Assembly: GCA_009602735.1 (NCBI GenBank)
Contig: WELA01000881.1
Location: 194,861-258,860 of the forward strand
DNA from: Mesotaenium endlicherianum
Taxonomy: Eukaryota
Direction of reading: 5' to 3'
Length of the DNA: 64,000 nucleotides
In this document: one piece after another, positions 51,623 through 63,032 of the stretch
How the letters are laid out: the number at the start of each line of letters is the position of its first letter
How positions within the stretch are numbered: the first letter of the stretch is position 1
Made by a program: the position numbers and the translations under genes
Notes under the pieces: model-generated
What the model was told of the DNA's origin: nothing
Databases searched by the model: none
Seen by the model: the letters and a program-made list of their open reading frames with translations, nothing else

Positions 51623-53299
51623 ATGGCGCCCACCACACAAAAGGAGGACAGAAAGCGCAAGGCAGAAGAAGCCAGGAGGACAATGGAGCAATACCAGAAG
51701 GAGCTGGCGGCGACGTCCCTCACCAGGAGAGAACAAGAAAGGGTCCGCAAACAACAAGAGGCGGCAGAAGAGGCACAGAGGAAGAAGGATCAGGAAGCGG
51801 AAAACCTCAGGAAGGCTGAGGAGGAGAGACAGAAGAAACAGCAAGAAGAAGCGGCAGCGGCAGAAGAGGAGAAAAGAAAAAAGATTGAAGCGGACAGACA
51901 GAAGAGCTTGGCCACTTACAGGTATACTGTGGTGGGTGGCCAAAACTTCGATAACCTGAAGGAAGCATTGCTGGCAGCCCAGGAGATCAACAGGCTGGAA
52001 CAGACAACACTGCTACAGAAGGAAGGAGCTACAGCACTGGACAGGTACATCGAGACACACACCGGCGTGGTCCTTTACGAAGATTATGCTAAGATGGTGG
52101 GCTATACAGCAGAGCAGGCCCGGTATCTCGCAGATGATTCAGAGGACAAGCCGGTCCCCATACCGGGAATAGTGGGAGATCAGAGACTCATCCGGATGGT
52201 GAGCATGCGGCCCGATAGCTTTAAGGATACGGTATTCTACCTCACACTCCTGCCAGCTTACAATGAAGTTGAGAGAAGGAGCTGGGAGTACTTGGCCAGG
52301 GAAGCAGGACAGCAGATGTTCTCTCCCCACTGGTTCCCGTGTAAACTGAGGAAGGCTGAGCACGGACCCCAGTACTACCAGCAGCCAACAGACTGGAGGT
52401 GGATGACCGTCACAAATAAGAAGCAGGAGTGTGACCGAGCCCAACCGGATGACTTCCACTATGGCCTAGACGGCTATCTCATCCTACCACCTCACATTGC
52501 CCCTTGGGACCCCAGGCTGAATGGATGCCTGAGCAATATGAATGCAGAGACCAAGGAACATAGGAGGAGGGGAAGAGACTACTTCTCTAAGGGAAAGCAT
52601 GCCTTTGTCAAATGGGCAAAGAATGCAGGCCGGATAGATATCAGTAGGCTGAAGGCCAAGCAACCTCCAGCGCGCCCTAAGAAAGGGAGGTCGGTAGACT
52701 ACTCCATGTCTACTAGGGAGCAGGACGACTTAGTGGACGAGACCCCTACTCTCTCCGAGGAGGAGGATGAGGAGGATGAGGAAGAAGAACAAGGCAGAGG
52801 AGAAGCATCAGCAGCAGGTACTCAGGATACCCAGGGACAGGCAGTGGCACTTCCTAAAGAACCACGATCAGGTGTGTGGAATGTGATCCCCGTTATGGCG
52901 ACAACTGGACCCCGCGCTCGCTCCCCCAGCCCACCTGCCCAAGCAGGGGAAGAAGCTGATCTGACTGTACTGGGCAGCAGACACAGACAGAAATCCCCAG
53001 AGGACAGGGGTGCCAGAAGAGGGACACGCGGGTGGGCCAGAGGTATGCCAGCCTCCCCCTCCGCTCAGGGGCATGTACCTCTAGCCAATGTATTTCAGCA
53101 TCCTACTGGAATGCCTGTCTATGTGGGCATCAACACCCAAGTGGTTGAAGAGCAGGCTACCATCCTTCGTTCTCCTCGAGGTCCAACTTTAGAGCAAACC
53201 GGGTTCTTTAGAAGGCCAGCTGACAGACCTAGAGGGCTGTCCAGATCTAGGTCCAGATCTCCGTCCCCTGATCCTGAAGCCCCAGGAACCACCCCTTAA
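51623..53299 (+). CDS. ORF3 of family A, unknown function, 558 aa from ATG 51623 (frame open from 51599)
   Basis: Long intact ORF between pol and the 3' LTR, conserved in copy B and two decayed copies. E/K/R/Q coiled-coil N-terminus, aromatic-rich globular core, acidic run, RS/SP-rich tail. Confidence 0.88.
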   Translation: MAPTTQKEDRKRKAEEARRTMEQYQKELAATSLTRREQERVRKQQEAAEEAQRKKDQEAENLRKAEEERQKKQQEEAAAAEEEKRKKIEADRQKSLATYRYTVVGGQNFDNLKEALLAAQEINRLEQTTLLQKEGATALDRYIETHTGVVLYEDYAKMVGYTAEQARYLADDSEDKPVPIPGIVGDQRLIRMVSMRPDSFKDTVFYLTLLPAYNEVERRSWEYLAREAGQQMFSPHWFPCKLRKAEHGPQYYQQPTDWRWMTVTNKKQECDRAQPDDFHYGLDGYLILPPHIAPWDPRLNGCLSNMNAETKEHRRRGRDYFSKGKHAFVKWAKNAGRIDISRLKAKQPPARPKKGRSVDYSMSTREQDDLVDETPTLSEEEDEEDEEEEQGRGEASAAGTQDTQGQAVALPKEPRSGVWNVIPVMATTGPRARSPSPPAQAGEEADLTVLGSRHRQKSPEDRGARRGTRGWARGMPASPSAQGHVPLANVFQHPTGMPVYVGINTQVVEEQATILRSPRGPTLEQTGFFRRPADRPRGLSRSRSRSPSPDPEAPGTTP

Positions 53300-53397
53300 G
53301 GTGACAGGCTGAAAAGATAGTCAGTAAGGGAGGCTGGTCAGGGTCAGTTTCTTTATTTAAAGCTTTTGCAGTTTAATGTTGTCGAGGCGACAACAAG

Positions 53398-53411
53398 TTA
53401 AGTTGGAGGGA
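53398..53411 (+). promoter_or_regulatory. Polypurine tract of copy A, preceded by an 8-bp hairpin (53377-53395)
   Basis: TTAAGTTGGAGGGA immediately before the 3' LTR; TGTTGTCG-AGG-CGACAACA just upstream. Confidence 0.85.
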
Positions 53412-53412
53412 T

Positions 53413-54158
53413 TGTAATGAATCAGTATATTAGTAGATATAATATTCATTTAAATATAATAGTTAATTTAGTTCAGCCTGCTGAACTTTAGTTAGTAGTC
53501 AGTCTGCTGAACTTTAGTTAATAATCAGTCTGCTGGACTTTACATAATTATCAGTTTAATGACTCGGCCAAAAGCAGCAGGCTGAAGTCAACTTAAGTCA
53601 GCTTGCTGACACATTCTTTGACAGCCAGCTGACTTCCGTACTCGGTAGCAGCGAACTGCCTTGATATGCATCTAAGTGCGATATGCTAGATGAATGGCCA
53701 GATGACATCCCTATGATGGATGGCTATTCGGGATGATGGGAGATGGCGGTGGATTTGGTTAACCGAGGTCCTACCAACGTGGTTAACTCCCGGGTAGGCG
53801 GTGCCATCGCACTGACCGTTGAACAGTAAACTCATTCCATGTACATATGCTAGGCATTGCTCTCGAGTTCGGCATTCGGAAACGAGGCCAACTCTCTTGT
53901 ACAGCTTACTGAGAGAGATCTGAATCCAAGGCGAGAAGCCATTGATACGCACTGTCTTCTAACCTTGCTTATGTATGAGTTTACTGATTTGCATTATTGA
54001 TGCTAGTTTACTCTCATTTGACTGACGAGTAGTATTCCCTGCTAGTGTATTGTCCTTTGCCGTTTAAACGAGTTAACGGAAATACCATAAAGATTACTTG
54101 CTGATATAAAGATCTTTATTAATTGTTAATTGCCTATTTGGTAAGTCGATTCATTTCA
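53413..54158 (+). repeat. 3' LTR of copy A (746 bp)
   Basis: Direct repeat of 45313-46057 with roughly 15-20 differences, counted by eye. Confidence 0.97.
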
Positions 54159-54957
54159 GAGTTCCTCCAAACGAGTGGGCAGCCTTCCCATTGACTATCC
54201 ACAACCAAGTGGGCTTGGCCACCTATGAAGCAACCGTACAAGCGTCAACACAGCTATGGCTGCCGTGGCTGCCCCTATTGCAAGCAACGCTCCAAATCCA
54301 GCCGCGGCTCAAGCGCCTCCACAAGAGCCTACGAGAGCAAGAAAACTCATCAAGCTCGGCAAATCTGACACTTTCAACCCCGAGAAAGGAGCCAACCTTA
54401 ACTTATGGCTCTACCAAGTGGAGACGTACTTCATATTCCTTGAAGCACCCAAGGAAGACTATAATTTATTTGCTGTTACCTTACTTGGAGGAGCATCAAC
54501 ATCATGGTGGCGTAACTATCAAGCGCTTGTAAATCAAGCTACGGCGCACCCCGTGCCCGACCAAGAGGCCCCCACCATTATATGCAAGATGAGCGGATTT
54601 TTGTGAGGCCCTCAAGAAGCACTTTATGCCCATCAATGCGGAGAAGATTGCCCGAAGTAAGCTGAAGTGGCCCTAAAGGTGGATAGCTTGGATTTCAAGC
54701 ATTCATTGCCTTCATCTTCACGGGCACCGACAACGCGGGTGTATGCAGCCCCTTCCACATCTGAATCTGGACCCACACCCATGGAAATTGGAGTTATTAA
54801 AAGGGACCCCGCGGCCGCTCGGAAGAGTGGAAGACCCTCCAATGACACTTAAGATGCAGAAAACCATCAAGGAGTCAAAGCAAGACTCTCTCCGGATGAA
54901 AAAGAAGCTCTCATGACGGCTGGACTATGTTTTTATTGTAAAGGGAAGGGCCATAGT

Positions 54958-55677
54958 TGAAATGAATCGATTTACCAAATAGGCGATTAACAATTAATAA
55001 AGATCTTTATATCAGCAAGTAATCTTTATGGTATTTCCGTTAACTCGTTTAAACGGCAAAGGACAATACACTAGCAGGGAATACTACTCGTCAGTCAAAT
55101 GAGAGTAAACTAGCATCAATAATGCAAATCAGTAAACTCATACATAAGCAAGGTTAGAAGACAGTGCGTATCAATGGCTTCTCGCCTTGGATTCAGATCT
55201 CTCTCAGTAAGCTGTACAAGAGAGTTGGCCTCGTTTCCGAATGCCGAACTCGAGAGCAATGCCTAGCATATGTACATGGAATGAGTTTACTGTTCAACGG
55301 TCAGTGCGATGGCACCGCCTACCCGGGAGTTAACCACGTTGGTAGGACCTCGGTTAACCAAATCCACCGCCATCTCCCATCATCCCGAATAGCCATCCAT
55401 CATGGGGATGTCATCTGGCCATTCATCTAGCAGGTGGTACTTAGATGCATATCAAGGCAGTTCGCTGCTACCGAGCACGGAAGTCAGCTGGCTGTCAAAG
55501 AATGTGTCAGCAAGCTGACTTAAGTTGACTTCAGCCTGCTGCTTTTGGCCGAGTCATTAAACTGATAATTATGTAAAGTCCAGCAGACTGACTATTAACT
55601 AAAGTTCAGCAGGCTGAACTTAATTAACTATTATATTTAAATGAATATTATATCCACTAATATACTGATTCATTACA
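54958..55677 (-). repeat. 3' LTR of copy B (720 bp, one tandem unit missing)
   Basis: Reverse complement of the family-A LTR with two instead of three ~25-bp units. Confidence 0.96.
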
Positions 55678-55790
55678 ATCCCTCCAACTTAACTTGTTGT
55701 CGCCTCGACAACATTAAACTGCAGAAATTTTAAATAAGGGAACTGAACCTGACCAGCCTCCCTTACTGACTGCCTCTTCAGCGTGTCACC

Positions 55791-57467
55791 TTAAGGGGTT
55801 GTTCCTGGGGCTTCAGGATCAGGAGACGGAGATCTGGACCTAGATCTGGACAGCCCTCTAGGTCTGTCAGCTGGCCTTCTAAAGAACCCTGTTTGCTCTA
55901 AAGTTGGCCCTCGAGGAGAACGGAGGATGGTGGCCTGCTCTTCAACCACTTGGGTGTTGATTCCCACATAGACAGGCATTCCAGTAGGATGCTGAAATAC
56001 ATTGGCTAGAGGTACATGCCCCTGAGCGGAGGGGGAGGCTGGCATACCTCTGGCCCACCCGCGTGTCCCTCTTCTGGCACCCCTGTCCTCTGGGGATTTC
56101 TGTCTGTGTCTGCTGCCCAGTACAGTCAGATCAGCTTCTTCCCCTGCTTGGGCAGGTGGGCTGGGGGAGCGAGCGCGGGGTCCAGTTGTCGCCATAACGG
56201 GGATCACATTCCACACACCTGATCGTGGTTCTTTAGGAAGTGCCACTGCCTGTCCCTGGGTATCCTGAGTACCTGCTGCTGATGCTTCTCCTCTGCCTTG
56301 TTCTTCTTCCTCATCCTCCTCATCCTCCTCCTCGGAGAGAGTAGGGGTCTCGTCCACTAAGTCGTCCTGCTCCCTAGTAGACATGGAGTAGTCTACCGAC
56401 CTCCCTTTCTTAGGGCGCGCTGGAGGTTGCTTGGCCTTCAGCCTACTGATATCTATCCGGCCTGCATTCTTTGCCCATTTGACAAAGGCATGCTTTCCCT
56501 TAGAGAAGTACTCTCTTCCCCTCCTCCTATGTTCCTTGGTCTCTGCATTCATATTGCTCAGGCATCCATTCAGCCTGGGGTCCCAAGGGGCAATGTGAGG
56601 TGGTAGGATGAGATAGCCGTCTAGGCCATAGTGGAAGTCATCCGGTTGGGCTCGGTCACACTCCTGCTTCTTATTTGTGACGGTCATCCACCTCCAGTCT
56701 GTTGGCTGCTGGTAGTACTGGGGTCCGTGCTCAGCCTTCCTCAGTTTACACGGGAACCAGTGGGGAGAGAACATCTGCTGTCCTGCTTCCCTGGCCAAGT
56801 ACTCCCAGCTCCTTCTCTCAACTTCATTGTAAGCTGGCAGGAGTGTGAGGTAGAATACCGTATCCTTAAAGCTATCGGGCCGCATGCTCACCATCCGGAT
56901 GAGTCTCTGATCTCCCACTATTCCCGGTATGGGGACCGGCTTGTCCTCTGAATCATCTGCGAGATACCGGGCCTGCTCTGCTGTATAGCCCACCATCTTA
57001 GCATAATCTTCGTAAAGGACCACGCCGGTGTGTGTCTCGATGTACCTGTCCAGTGCTGTAGCTCCTTCCTTCTGTAGCAGTGTTGTCTGTTCCAGCCTGT
57101 TGATCTCCTGGGCTGCCAGCAATGCTTCCTTCAGGTTATCGAAGTTTTGGCCACCCACCACAGTATACCTGTAAGTGGCCAAGCTCTTCTGTCTGTCCGC
57201 TTCAATCTTTTTTCTTTTCTCCTCTTCTGCCGCTGCCGCTTCTTCTTGCTGTTTCTTCTGTCTCTCCTCCTCAGCCTTCCTGAGGTTTTCCGCTTCCTGA
57301 TCCTTCTTCCTCTGTGCCTCTTCTGCCGCCTCTTGTTGCTTGCGGACCCTTTCTTGTTCTCTCCTGGTGAGGGACGTCGCCGCCAGCTCCTTCTGGTATT
57401 GCTCCATTGTCCTCCTGGCTTCTTCTGCCTTGCGCTTTCTGTCCTCCTTTTGTGTGGTGGGCGCCAT
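55791..57467 (-). CDS. ORF3 of copy B
   Basis: Identical protein to copy A except one D/E change (RGRDYF versus RGREYF). Confidence 0.88.
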   Translation of the reverse strand: MAPTTQKEDRKRKAEEARRTMEQYQKELAATSLTRREQERVRKQQEAAEEAQRKKDQEAENLRKAEEERQKKQQEEAAAAEEEKRKKIEADRQKSLATYRYTVVGGQNFDNLKEALLAAQEINRLEQTTLLQKEGATALDRYIETHTGVVLYEDYAKMVGYTAEQARYLADDSEDKPVPIPGIVGDQRLIRMVSMRPDSFKDTVFYLTLLPAYNEVERRSWEYLAREAGQQMFSPHWFPCKLRKAEHGPQYYQQPTDWRWMTVTNKKQECDRAQPDDFHYGLDGYLILPPHIAPWDPRLNGCLSNMNAETKEHRRRGREYFSKGKHAFVKWAKNAGRIDISRLKAKQPPARPKKGRSVDYSMSTREQDDLVDETPTLSEEEDEEDEEEEQGRGEASAAGTQDTQGQAVALPKEPRSGVWNVIPVMATTGPRARSPSPPAQAGEEADLTVLGSRHRQKSPEDRGARRGTRGWARGMPASPSAQGHVPLANVFQHPTGMPVYVGINTQVVEEQATILRSPRGPTLEQTGFFRRPADRPRGLSRSRSRSPSPDPEAPGTTP

Positions 57468-57734
57468 CCTGCACATGTAACCAGGGCACAAGTTAGTAGG
57501 ATATGGACCTTTGTCATAGGGATTGCAGGAAGTATGTTAGTATTTAGTATAGTGGCTTCGCTGCTGTTTACCTTACAGGATGATTGCTAAAAGTTGACGT
57601 AGTTGCGATGCGCTACACATAAACGTATGAGTGTGTTTTTATCGCTCTCGCTCACTAACTGTCATATATTTTCCCCTCCAACTTAAATGGAGACAGGACC
57701 GCCTGTCACCTTCCCGTGTCAACTGAAATGACAG

Positions 57735-60700
57735 TTATGGAGGGACTCCAGCGGCCCGAAGGTGGAACCGTGTCAACGCCCCTTTGGCATTGGTCAAGTG
57801 GTCCTTAAACTCCCAAGTGTCCCCAGAGGCATCGTAACCCTTCCATCGAATGAGGTATTTCATGACATATTTAGACGATCGACGGACCGAGCGAGCGTCT
57901 AAAATCTCATCGACCTCATATTCCTCAGGGTCGCCGTCCCGGACAGCGGGGACCGGTCCCGGTTGGACAGGGAACCGACCTGTGAACAGTGTATCACCTT
58001 TGATGTACGGTTCCAGGAAGGAGACATTAAAGACCGGGTGCCCCTTGTATTCAGCTGACATGTTCAGTTTGTAAGCATTCTGACCGACACGACGGACCAC
58101 CGAATATGGACCGACCCAGACAGGGCCAAGCTTTTTCTTGACCACACCAGGGAGGTACAGGTGCTGAGAATGCAGTTTGACTAAATCCCCCTTGGAAAAT
58201 GTCAGTTCCCGACGGTGTTGATTAGCGTATTTTTGTTGGTTTTCTTGGGCCGTGTGCAAGTTTCGTTGGACTTCTGACAGGGTGTCAGCAAACTCCTGAG
58301 TTAACTGGAGGGAGACCGGGTTGTCAATCCCTTCAGGGTGAGTTAAAGATTCCCCTAGCACATCTAGAGGAGACTTAGGGACTCTACCCAGGCTGAGTTC
58401 AAAAGGAGTTTTGCCCGTTGACGCGTGCACCGCACTGTTGACCGCAAACTGAATTTGAGGCAACAGGTCATCCCAATTATCTTGTTTTTGGTTAATATAT
58501 GCTCTCAGCACCTCCTGCAGAACTCGGTTAGTTCTTTCAGTCTGCCCATCAGTCTGAGGGTGGTTTGCTGTGCTGAGCAGCTGTTTGACTCCCATTAACC
58601 CCATTAAAGCTCTCCAGAACTTAGAGGTGAATTTTGAGTCTCTGTCTGAGATGATATTAGAAGGGAGCCCATGTTGGCATACTACATGGTTGTAAAACTG
58701 TCTCGCTGTTTCGAGTGCAGTCACTTTGACAGTTGTGGGGATAAAAATGACCATTTTTGTCAGTTTATCCACGACTACCAGTATTGAATCATGCCCGTTG
58801 GCAGTTCTTGGTAGTGAGACCACCCAGTCCATGGATATAGTTTCCCAGCGTCCCGCTGGGATGGGTAGCGGTTGCAAGAGACCTCCGGGTGGTGTGTGCC
58901 GAGACTTATTTCTCTGACACTGGTCACAGGACTTGACATATTTCAAGACCTCCCGGGGTAACCCCTCCCAATGATAATGTTTTGCCAGTTTGCCAACAGT
59001 TTTGGCCTGCCCCAAATGTCCACCCAGGAGACTGTCATGAGCTTGACTCAGTAAGAGAGACCTTATTTCCAAGTTATTAGGAATGACCAGCTTCAGCCTG
59101 CCTGAAGTGGTTTCAGTCACCCAGACCCCTCCCTTGAGCTTATACCCGAGTGCAGTAGCACGACACACACCAGTAGTGGGGCTGGGCTCAAATGTTGGGT
59201 CAGAAAGGTAGGCTTTCCTAAGTTGTTCAAGGAAGGACTTTTTCACCTTTAGTGAAGTGAGTGCACACAGGACTTTATCTACAGCATGCTGACTAAAGTT
59301 CCTTTCTTGCAAGTCAGGTCTTCTAGAGAGTGCATCAGCAGGATTCAACTTCCCTGGTTTGTAGTCGATCTGGACTTGGAACTGCTCCAGCATCTGGCTC
59401 CAGCGGTTCTCCCTCCTCGACAGCTTGGACTTCTTCTGAAAGTGGGTCAGAGCTAGATGATCTGTAATCACCTTAAAAGCTTTACCATGTAAGTATGCTC
59501 TCCACTGTTTGAGTACATGAATGATAGCTAGCAGCTCTTTATCATGCACTGAGTAATTAATCTCCGCTGGATTAAATTTCATAGACTCATACAACACAGG
59601 ATGCCACTCCTGCCGTACCTTACCATCCTTTGTGGTTTTGTCAGCAGGCTGCAACAAAATAGCACCCATGGCAAAATCAGAGGCATCAGTAACCACCTGC
59701 ACCGGTTTGCTGGGGTCATACACGGCTAGCACTGGGGCAGAACAAAGGGCATCTTTAAGGGTCTGGAAGGCAGCCTGCTGCTCTTCCCCCCACACATACC
59801 CGATGTCTTTCTTAGTAAGGTCAGTCAGTTTACTGGCCTTTGTGGAATAATTCTCAATAAATCTCCTATAGTAGTTAGCCAACCCGAGGAAGGATCTAAC
59901 TTCAGAGACAGACTGTGGTACTGGCCAGTCCCTTATGGTCTGGACTTTCTTAGGATCCACACTGATGCCCTCTTTACTGACAACGTGGCCTAAGAATTCA
60001 ATACTTTCCTTAAAGAAATCACACTTGCTCATTTTAGCATACAAGTGATTTTTCCGCAGAGTGTCCAGCACTTTCTTTAAGTGTTCAGTGTGCTGAGCTT
60101 CATCTTTAGAGAAAATTAAAATATCATCCAGGAAAACTTGCACAAACTTATCCAAATAAGGTCTGAAAATGTCATTCATAGCACCCATAAAGGTAGCAGG
60201 AGCATTAGTCAGTCCAAATGGCATCACGTTGAACTCATAGTGTCCATAACGTGTGCGGAAAGCAGTCTTGTGTTCATCCCCCTCAGCAATTCTGATTTGA
60301 TGATAACCACTCTTGAGATCTATCTTACTGAACACCTTAGCGCCAGACAGGGTATCAAGCAAGTCCTCGATTCTGGGTAAAGCATACTTGTTCTTTACTG
60401 TAATTCTGTTCAGGGCTCTGTAATCCACACACATCCGCATACTGCCATCCTTTTTCTTAACAAATAGGATAGGTGCGCCGTACGGTGATTTACTGGGAGA
60501 AATGTAACCATTTTCCTCCAGCTCTGCAATCTGTGTTTTCAACTCCTCGCTCTCCAAATAAGACAAGCCATAAGTGCGTTGCCAGGGTGGCTGGCTACCA
60601 GGTAATAGATCAATCCTATGATCTACTTCCCTTTTAGGGGGTAGTCCTGGAGGCATGTTAAACACATCAGTGTACTGAGCAACAATTTTTGCAGCAGTAG

Positions 60701-61451
60701 GGTGCTCCGGAGGGCTTACCTTTTTCTCAACCACTTCTTCAGGTTGAGGAGGTACCTCTCTTAGCAGCAGACAGAACATTCTGTCTTCCTTCTGGTTCCA
60801 GCTTTTGACGAACTCCATTGCATTCAGCAACTTGCATCCTTCTGGAAGCCTCTTCTTTTCCTTCATTTGCCATCCACACAGGACAAGAGGAAGAGCACTG
60901 GTGGGTGCCAAGTCAGTCTGCCCATCACTGGCTCCTCTCACTTTAACTGTACCTCTGCTCCAACACACTTCAGCTTGATGTCTATTAAGCCAGGACCTGC
61001 CTAGCACGAGATCATAAAAGCCAGTGTTGAGTACCTCAAATGTAAGCGTTTCAGTTAGAACTGCAATGCCAGAACCTAACTGGACCTCAATAGGCTTGGT
61101 TATAACTCCTCCCGGGATACTTGAGGCATCTCCAAGGAATATTTTTCTATTCCCTTGGGTGACAGTAGGCAGCCTTAGCCGCTTAACTAAGTCCTTGTGA
61201 ATAAAAGTATGTGACGCCCCTCCGTCAACAAATGCCCTCACCTTCCTACCTGCAATCATGCAATGCAGTAGGATAGGGGGGACTGTCTTTTCCTGACTTT
61301 CGCATTGTTCTCCTGACGTAGCAAAGAAATGTTGGACATCAGGTGGAACAAGAGCATCCAGAGTGTGCACTCTCTGGACGTCTATATTACTGATGGTCTC
61401 CTTTATCTGTTTGTCAGGCATGCATAGTGAATCCAGTTCAGCAGGACCCAT
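57735..61451 (-). CDS. pol: Pol of copy B
   Basis: 1238-aa ORF; three amino-acid differences from copy A seen (N/K, H/S, N/K). Slippery site at 61544-61538. Confidence 0.97.
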   Translation of the reverse strand: MGPAELDSLCMPDKQIKETISNIDVQRVHTLDALVPPDVQHFFATSGEQCESQEKTVPPILLHCMIAGRKVRAFVDGGASHTFIHKDLVKRLRLPTVTQGNRKIFLGDASSIPGGVITKPIEVQLGSGIAVLTETLTFEVLNTGFYDLVLGRSWLNRHQAEVCWSRGTVKVRGASDGQTDLAPTSALPLVLCGWQMKEKKRLPEGCKLLNAMEFVKSWNQKEDRMFCLLLREVPPQPEEVVEKKVSPPEHPTAAKIVAQYTDVFNMPPGLPPKREVDHRIDLLPGSQPPWQRTYGLSYLESEELKTQIAELEENGYISPSKSPYGAPILFVKKKDGSMRMCVDYRALNRITVKNKYALPRIEDLLDTLSGAKVFSKIDLKSGYHQIRIAEGDEHKTAFRTRYGHYEFNVMPFGLTNAPATFMGAMNDIFRPYLDKFVQVFLDDILIFSKDEAQHTEHLKKVLDTLRKNHLYAKMSKCDFFKESIEFLGHVVSKEGISVDPKKVQTIRDWPVPQSVSEVRSFLGLANYYRRFIENYSTKASKLTDLTKKDIGYVWGEEQQAAFQTLKDALCSAPVLAVYDPSKPVQVVTDASDFAMGAILLQPADKTTKDGKVRQEWHPVLYESMKFNPAEINYSVHDKELLAIIHVLKQWRAYLHGKAFKVITDHLALTHFQKKSKLSRRENRWSQMLEQFQVQIDYKPGKLNPADALSRRPDLQERNFSQHAVDKVLCALTSLKVKKSFLEQLRKAYLSDPTFEPSPTTGVCRATALGYKLKGGVWVTETTSGRLKLVIPNNLEIRSLLLSQAHDSLLGGHLGQAKTVGKLAKHYHWEGLPREVLKYVKSCDQCQRNKSRHTPPGGLLQPLPIPAGRWETISMDWVVSLPRTANGHDSILVVVDKLTKMVIFIPTTVKVTALETARQFYNHVVCQHGLPSNIISDRDSKFTSKFWRALMGLMGVKQLLSTANHPQTDGQTERTNRVLQEVLRAYINQKQDNWDDLLPQIQFAVNSAVHASTGKTPFELSLGRVPKSPLDVLGESLTHPEGIDNPVSLQLTQEFADTLSEVQRNLHTAQENQQKYANQHRRELTFSKGDLVKLHSQHLYLPGVVKKKLGPVWVGPYSVVRRVGQNAYKLNMSAEYKGHPVFNVSFLEPYIKGDTLFTGRFPVQPGPVPAVRDGDPEEYEVDEILDARSVRRSSKYVMKYLIRWKGYDASGDTWEFKDHLTNAKGALTRFHLRAAGVPP

Positions 61452-61519
61452 AATACCTGCTACGAGGGCAGCTAGTGACGACTCACTATCTCTAGCATCC
61501 TCACAGTCAGTAGACTGGA

Positions 61520-62998
61520 TTACTGACTGTTGCTGTCTTTTAAAGGCTGGTCTTTTCTCTCGACCTTAGGCAGGTGCTTGACCGGACACTGTTCTCTGTA
61601 GTGGCCTTTCTGCTGACAATGGTAGCAAGTAGATTTTGCTGAGGCTGGTCTCGGCTTAGTCCTACCACCACCCCTTCCATAGCCACCTCGAGAGGGACCA
61701 CCTCTACCTCTAGACTGAATAGCATTGTACTCATACTCATATTCATCACCCTGATTATCCTCAGCCTGGTCTCCTTCAACTGCATTGTAGGAACCGTGGG
61801 GCTTTTTGACAATCTTAGACACCAAAGCGTTACTCTGGCGCTTGTGATTGAACTGCTGCTGATCCCAGGCGTCAGCATCCTGGATCAAGTCAGCCAGTTT
61901 CTCATACTTTTTCTCAGCAAAATGACCAGAGACCTCGGATTTCAAGCCATACCTGAAGTATGCTATCCTATACCGTTCTGGCAAATCAGGCTGCTTCATC
62001 ATGTTCTCTTGGAACTTTTGAGCAAACTCAGCAACTGAAGTGGTCTGCTTCAGTGTCAGGGAGATCATCGCATAGATAGCTTTCTCCTGCTGGTTGATGA
62101 CATCAAACTTCTCATGCAACTTCTCGACAAACTCTACCCACGTAGGGTCACCGAGTTGCCGAGCCTTACGCTCTTCCTTCCAGTAAAGCCACCAGTCTGC
62201 GGCACTGCCTTTCAGTAGCGCACCGGTGTGCCTGACCTTCTCGTAATCTTGCAGTTCTGGGTAGTTCTCCAGCCACTGCTCAACATCCGCGAGAAACTTG
62301 ATCAGGTAATATTTTCTGTTTCCCTCAGGATCATAGTCCTGGGGAGGTTTCGGCTTGGGCTTACTAGGCCCTCGGCCACCACCACTAGTGGTGTGAGACC
62401 CCAGTTGGTCTCTGTCCCGGAGTAGGGACATTATGATTCTTTTGTCCTCCTGCTGGGACTGATACATGGTCGCCATTTGCGACTGCATCTGAACGAACAA
62501 TGCTCCCAAGTCTACATTTTGGGGTGGTAGATTAGCAAATGCAGCAGCAGCATTGGCATCTACTCGCTGAGTAGTGTCCTCAACAATCCCTCTTGCTCCT
62601 GCAGCAGCAATTCCTGCCGCATTCAGCCGGTCACGTATTTGACCTAGGGGTACATTGAGTTGTACGGCAGGAGGTGGGTTCAGAACATTGGCCCTTGATG
62701 CCATAAGTTCTTCAACAGTGCGCTCGTCAGCTGGCTGTCCTTCCCTCCTTTGTATATCTTCAGCGGCCTTTGCTACTTGTTCAGCTTCTAGTCTGGCTAT
62801 CTCCTCCTCAGCTTGCTGAGCTGCGACTGAGGCAATAGCAGCTGCCTCATCTGCAGCCTCCCTAGCTGCAGTATCCGCTACTGCTTCCGAATAGGTACGG
62901 TTTCCCGCTACATGGCTTTCCGCCTGGTTTTCGACATTCTCGTTATCCTGGTTCTCCATGTCTCGGGAGTTGCTAGTTTGAGACCTTGTCCTTACCAT
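61520..62998 (-). CDS. gag: Gag of copy B
   Basis: 492 aa, same translation as copy A. Confidence 0.95.
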   Translation of the reverse strand: MVRTRSQTSNSRDMENQDNENVENQAESHVAGNRTYSEAVADTAAREAADEAAAIASVAAQQAEEEIARLEAEQVAKAAEDIQRREGQPADERTVEELMASRANVLNPPPAVQLNVPLGQIRDRLNAAGIAAAGARGIVEDTTQRVDANAAAAFANLPPQNVDLGALFVQMQSQMATMYQSQQEDKRIIMSLLRDRDQLGSHTTSGGGRGPSKPKPKPPQDYDPEGNRKYYLIKFLADVEQWLENYPELQDYEKVRHTGALLKGSAADWWLYWKEERKARQLGDPTWVEFVEKLHEKFDVINQQEKAIYAMISLTLKQTTSVAEFAQKFQENMMKQPDLPERYRIAYFRYGLKSEVSGHFAEKKYEKLADLIQDADAWDQQQFNHKRQSNALVSKIVKKPHGSYNAVEGDQAEDNQGDEYEYEYNAIQSRGRGGPSRGGYGRGGGRTKPRPASAKSTCYHCQQKGHYREQCPVKHLPKVERKDQPLKDSNSQ

Positions 62999-63032
62999 AC
63001 AAAGAAGACTGTGATAACTGCTCCGATACCAC

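Larger units (their letters stand above)
45313..54158 (+). mobile_element. Intact family-A chromovirus LTR retrotransposon, copy A (8846 bp), TSD GAGTT
   Basis: TG...CA LTRs at 45313-46057 and 53413-54158; GAGTT at 45308-45312 and 54159-54163; PBS, gag, pol, ORF3 and PPT all intact. Confidence 0.97.

Noticed and set aside
51500..51943. Hydrophobic Leu/Phe-rich antisense ORFs (also 1387-1842 and 57147-57590) resembling membrane proteins
   Set aside because: They are reverse-strand shadows of the GAA/AAG/GAG-rich coiled-coil codons of ORF3.
51599..53299. ORF3 as a retroviral-type envelope protein
   Set aside because: The position fits, but there is no signal peptide or hydrophobic transmembrane segment and the protein is highly charged.
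54159..54957. Palindrome as a fold-back assembly chimera or an inversion between A and B
   Set aside because: The elements have distinct matching TSDs and different outer flanks, and the host gag reads collinearly across both insertions.
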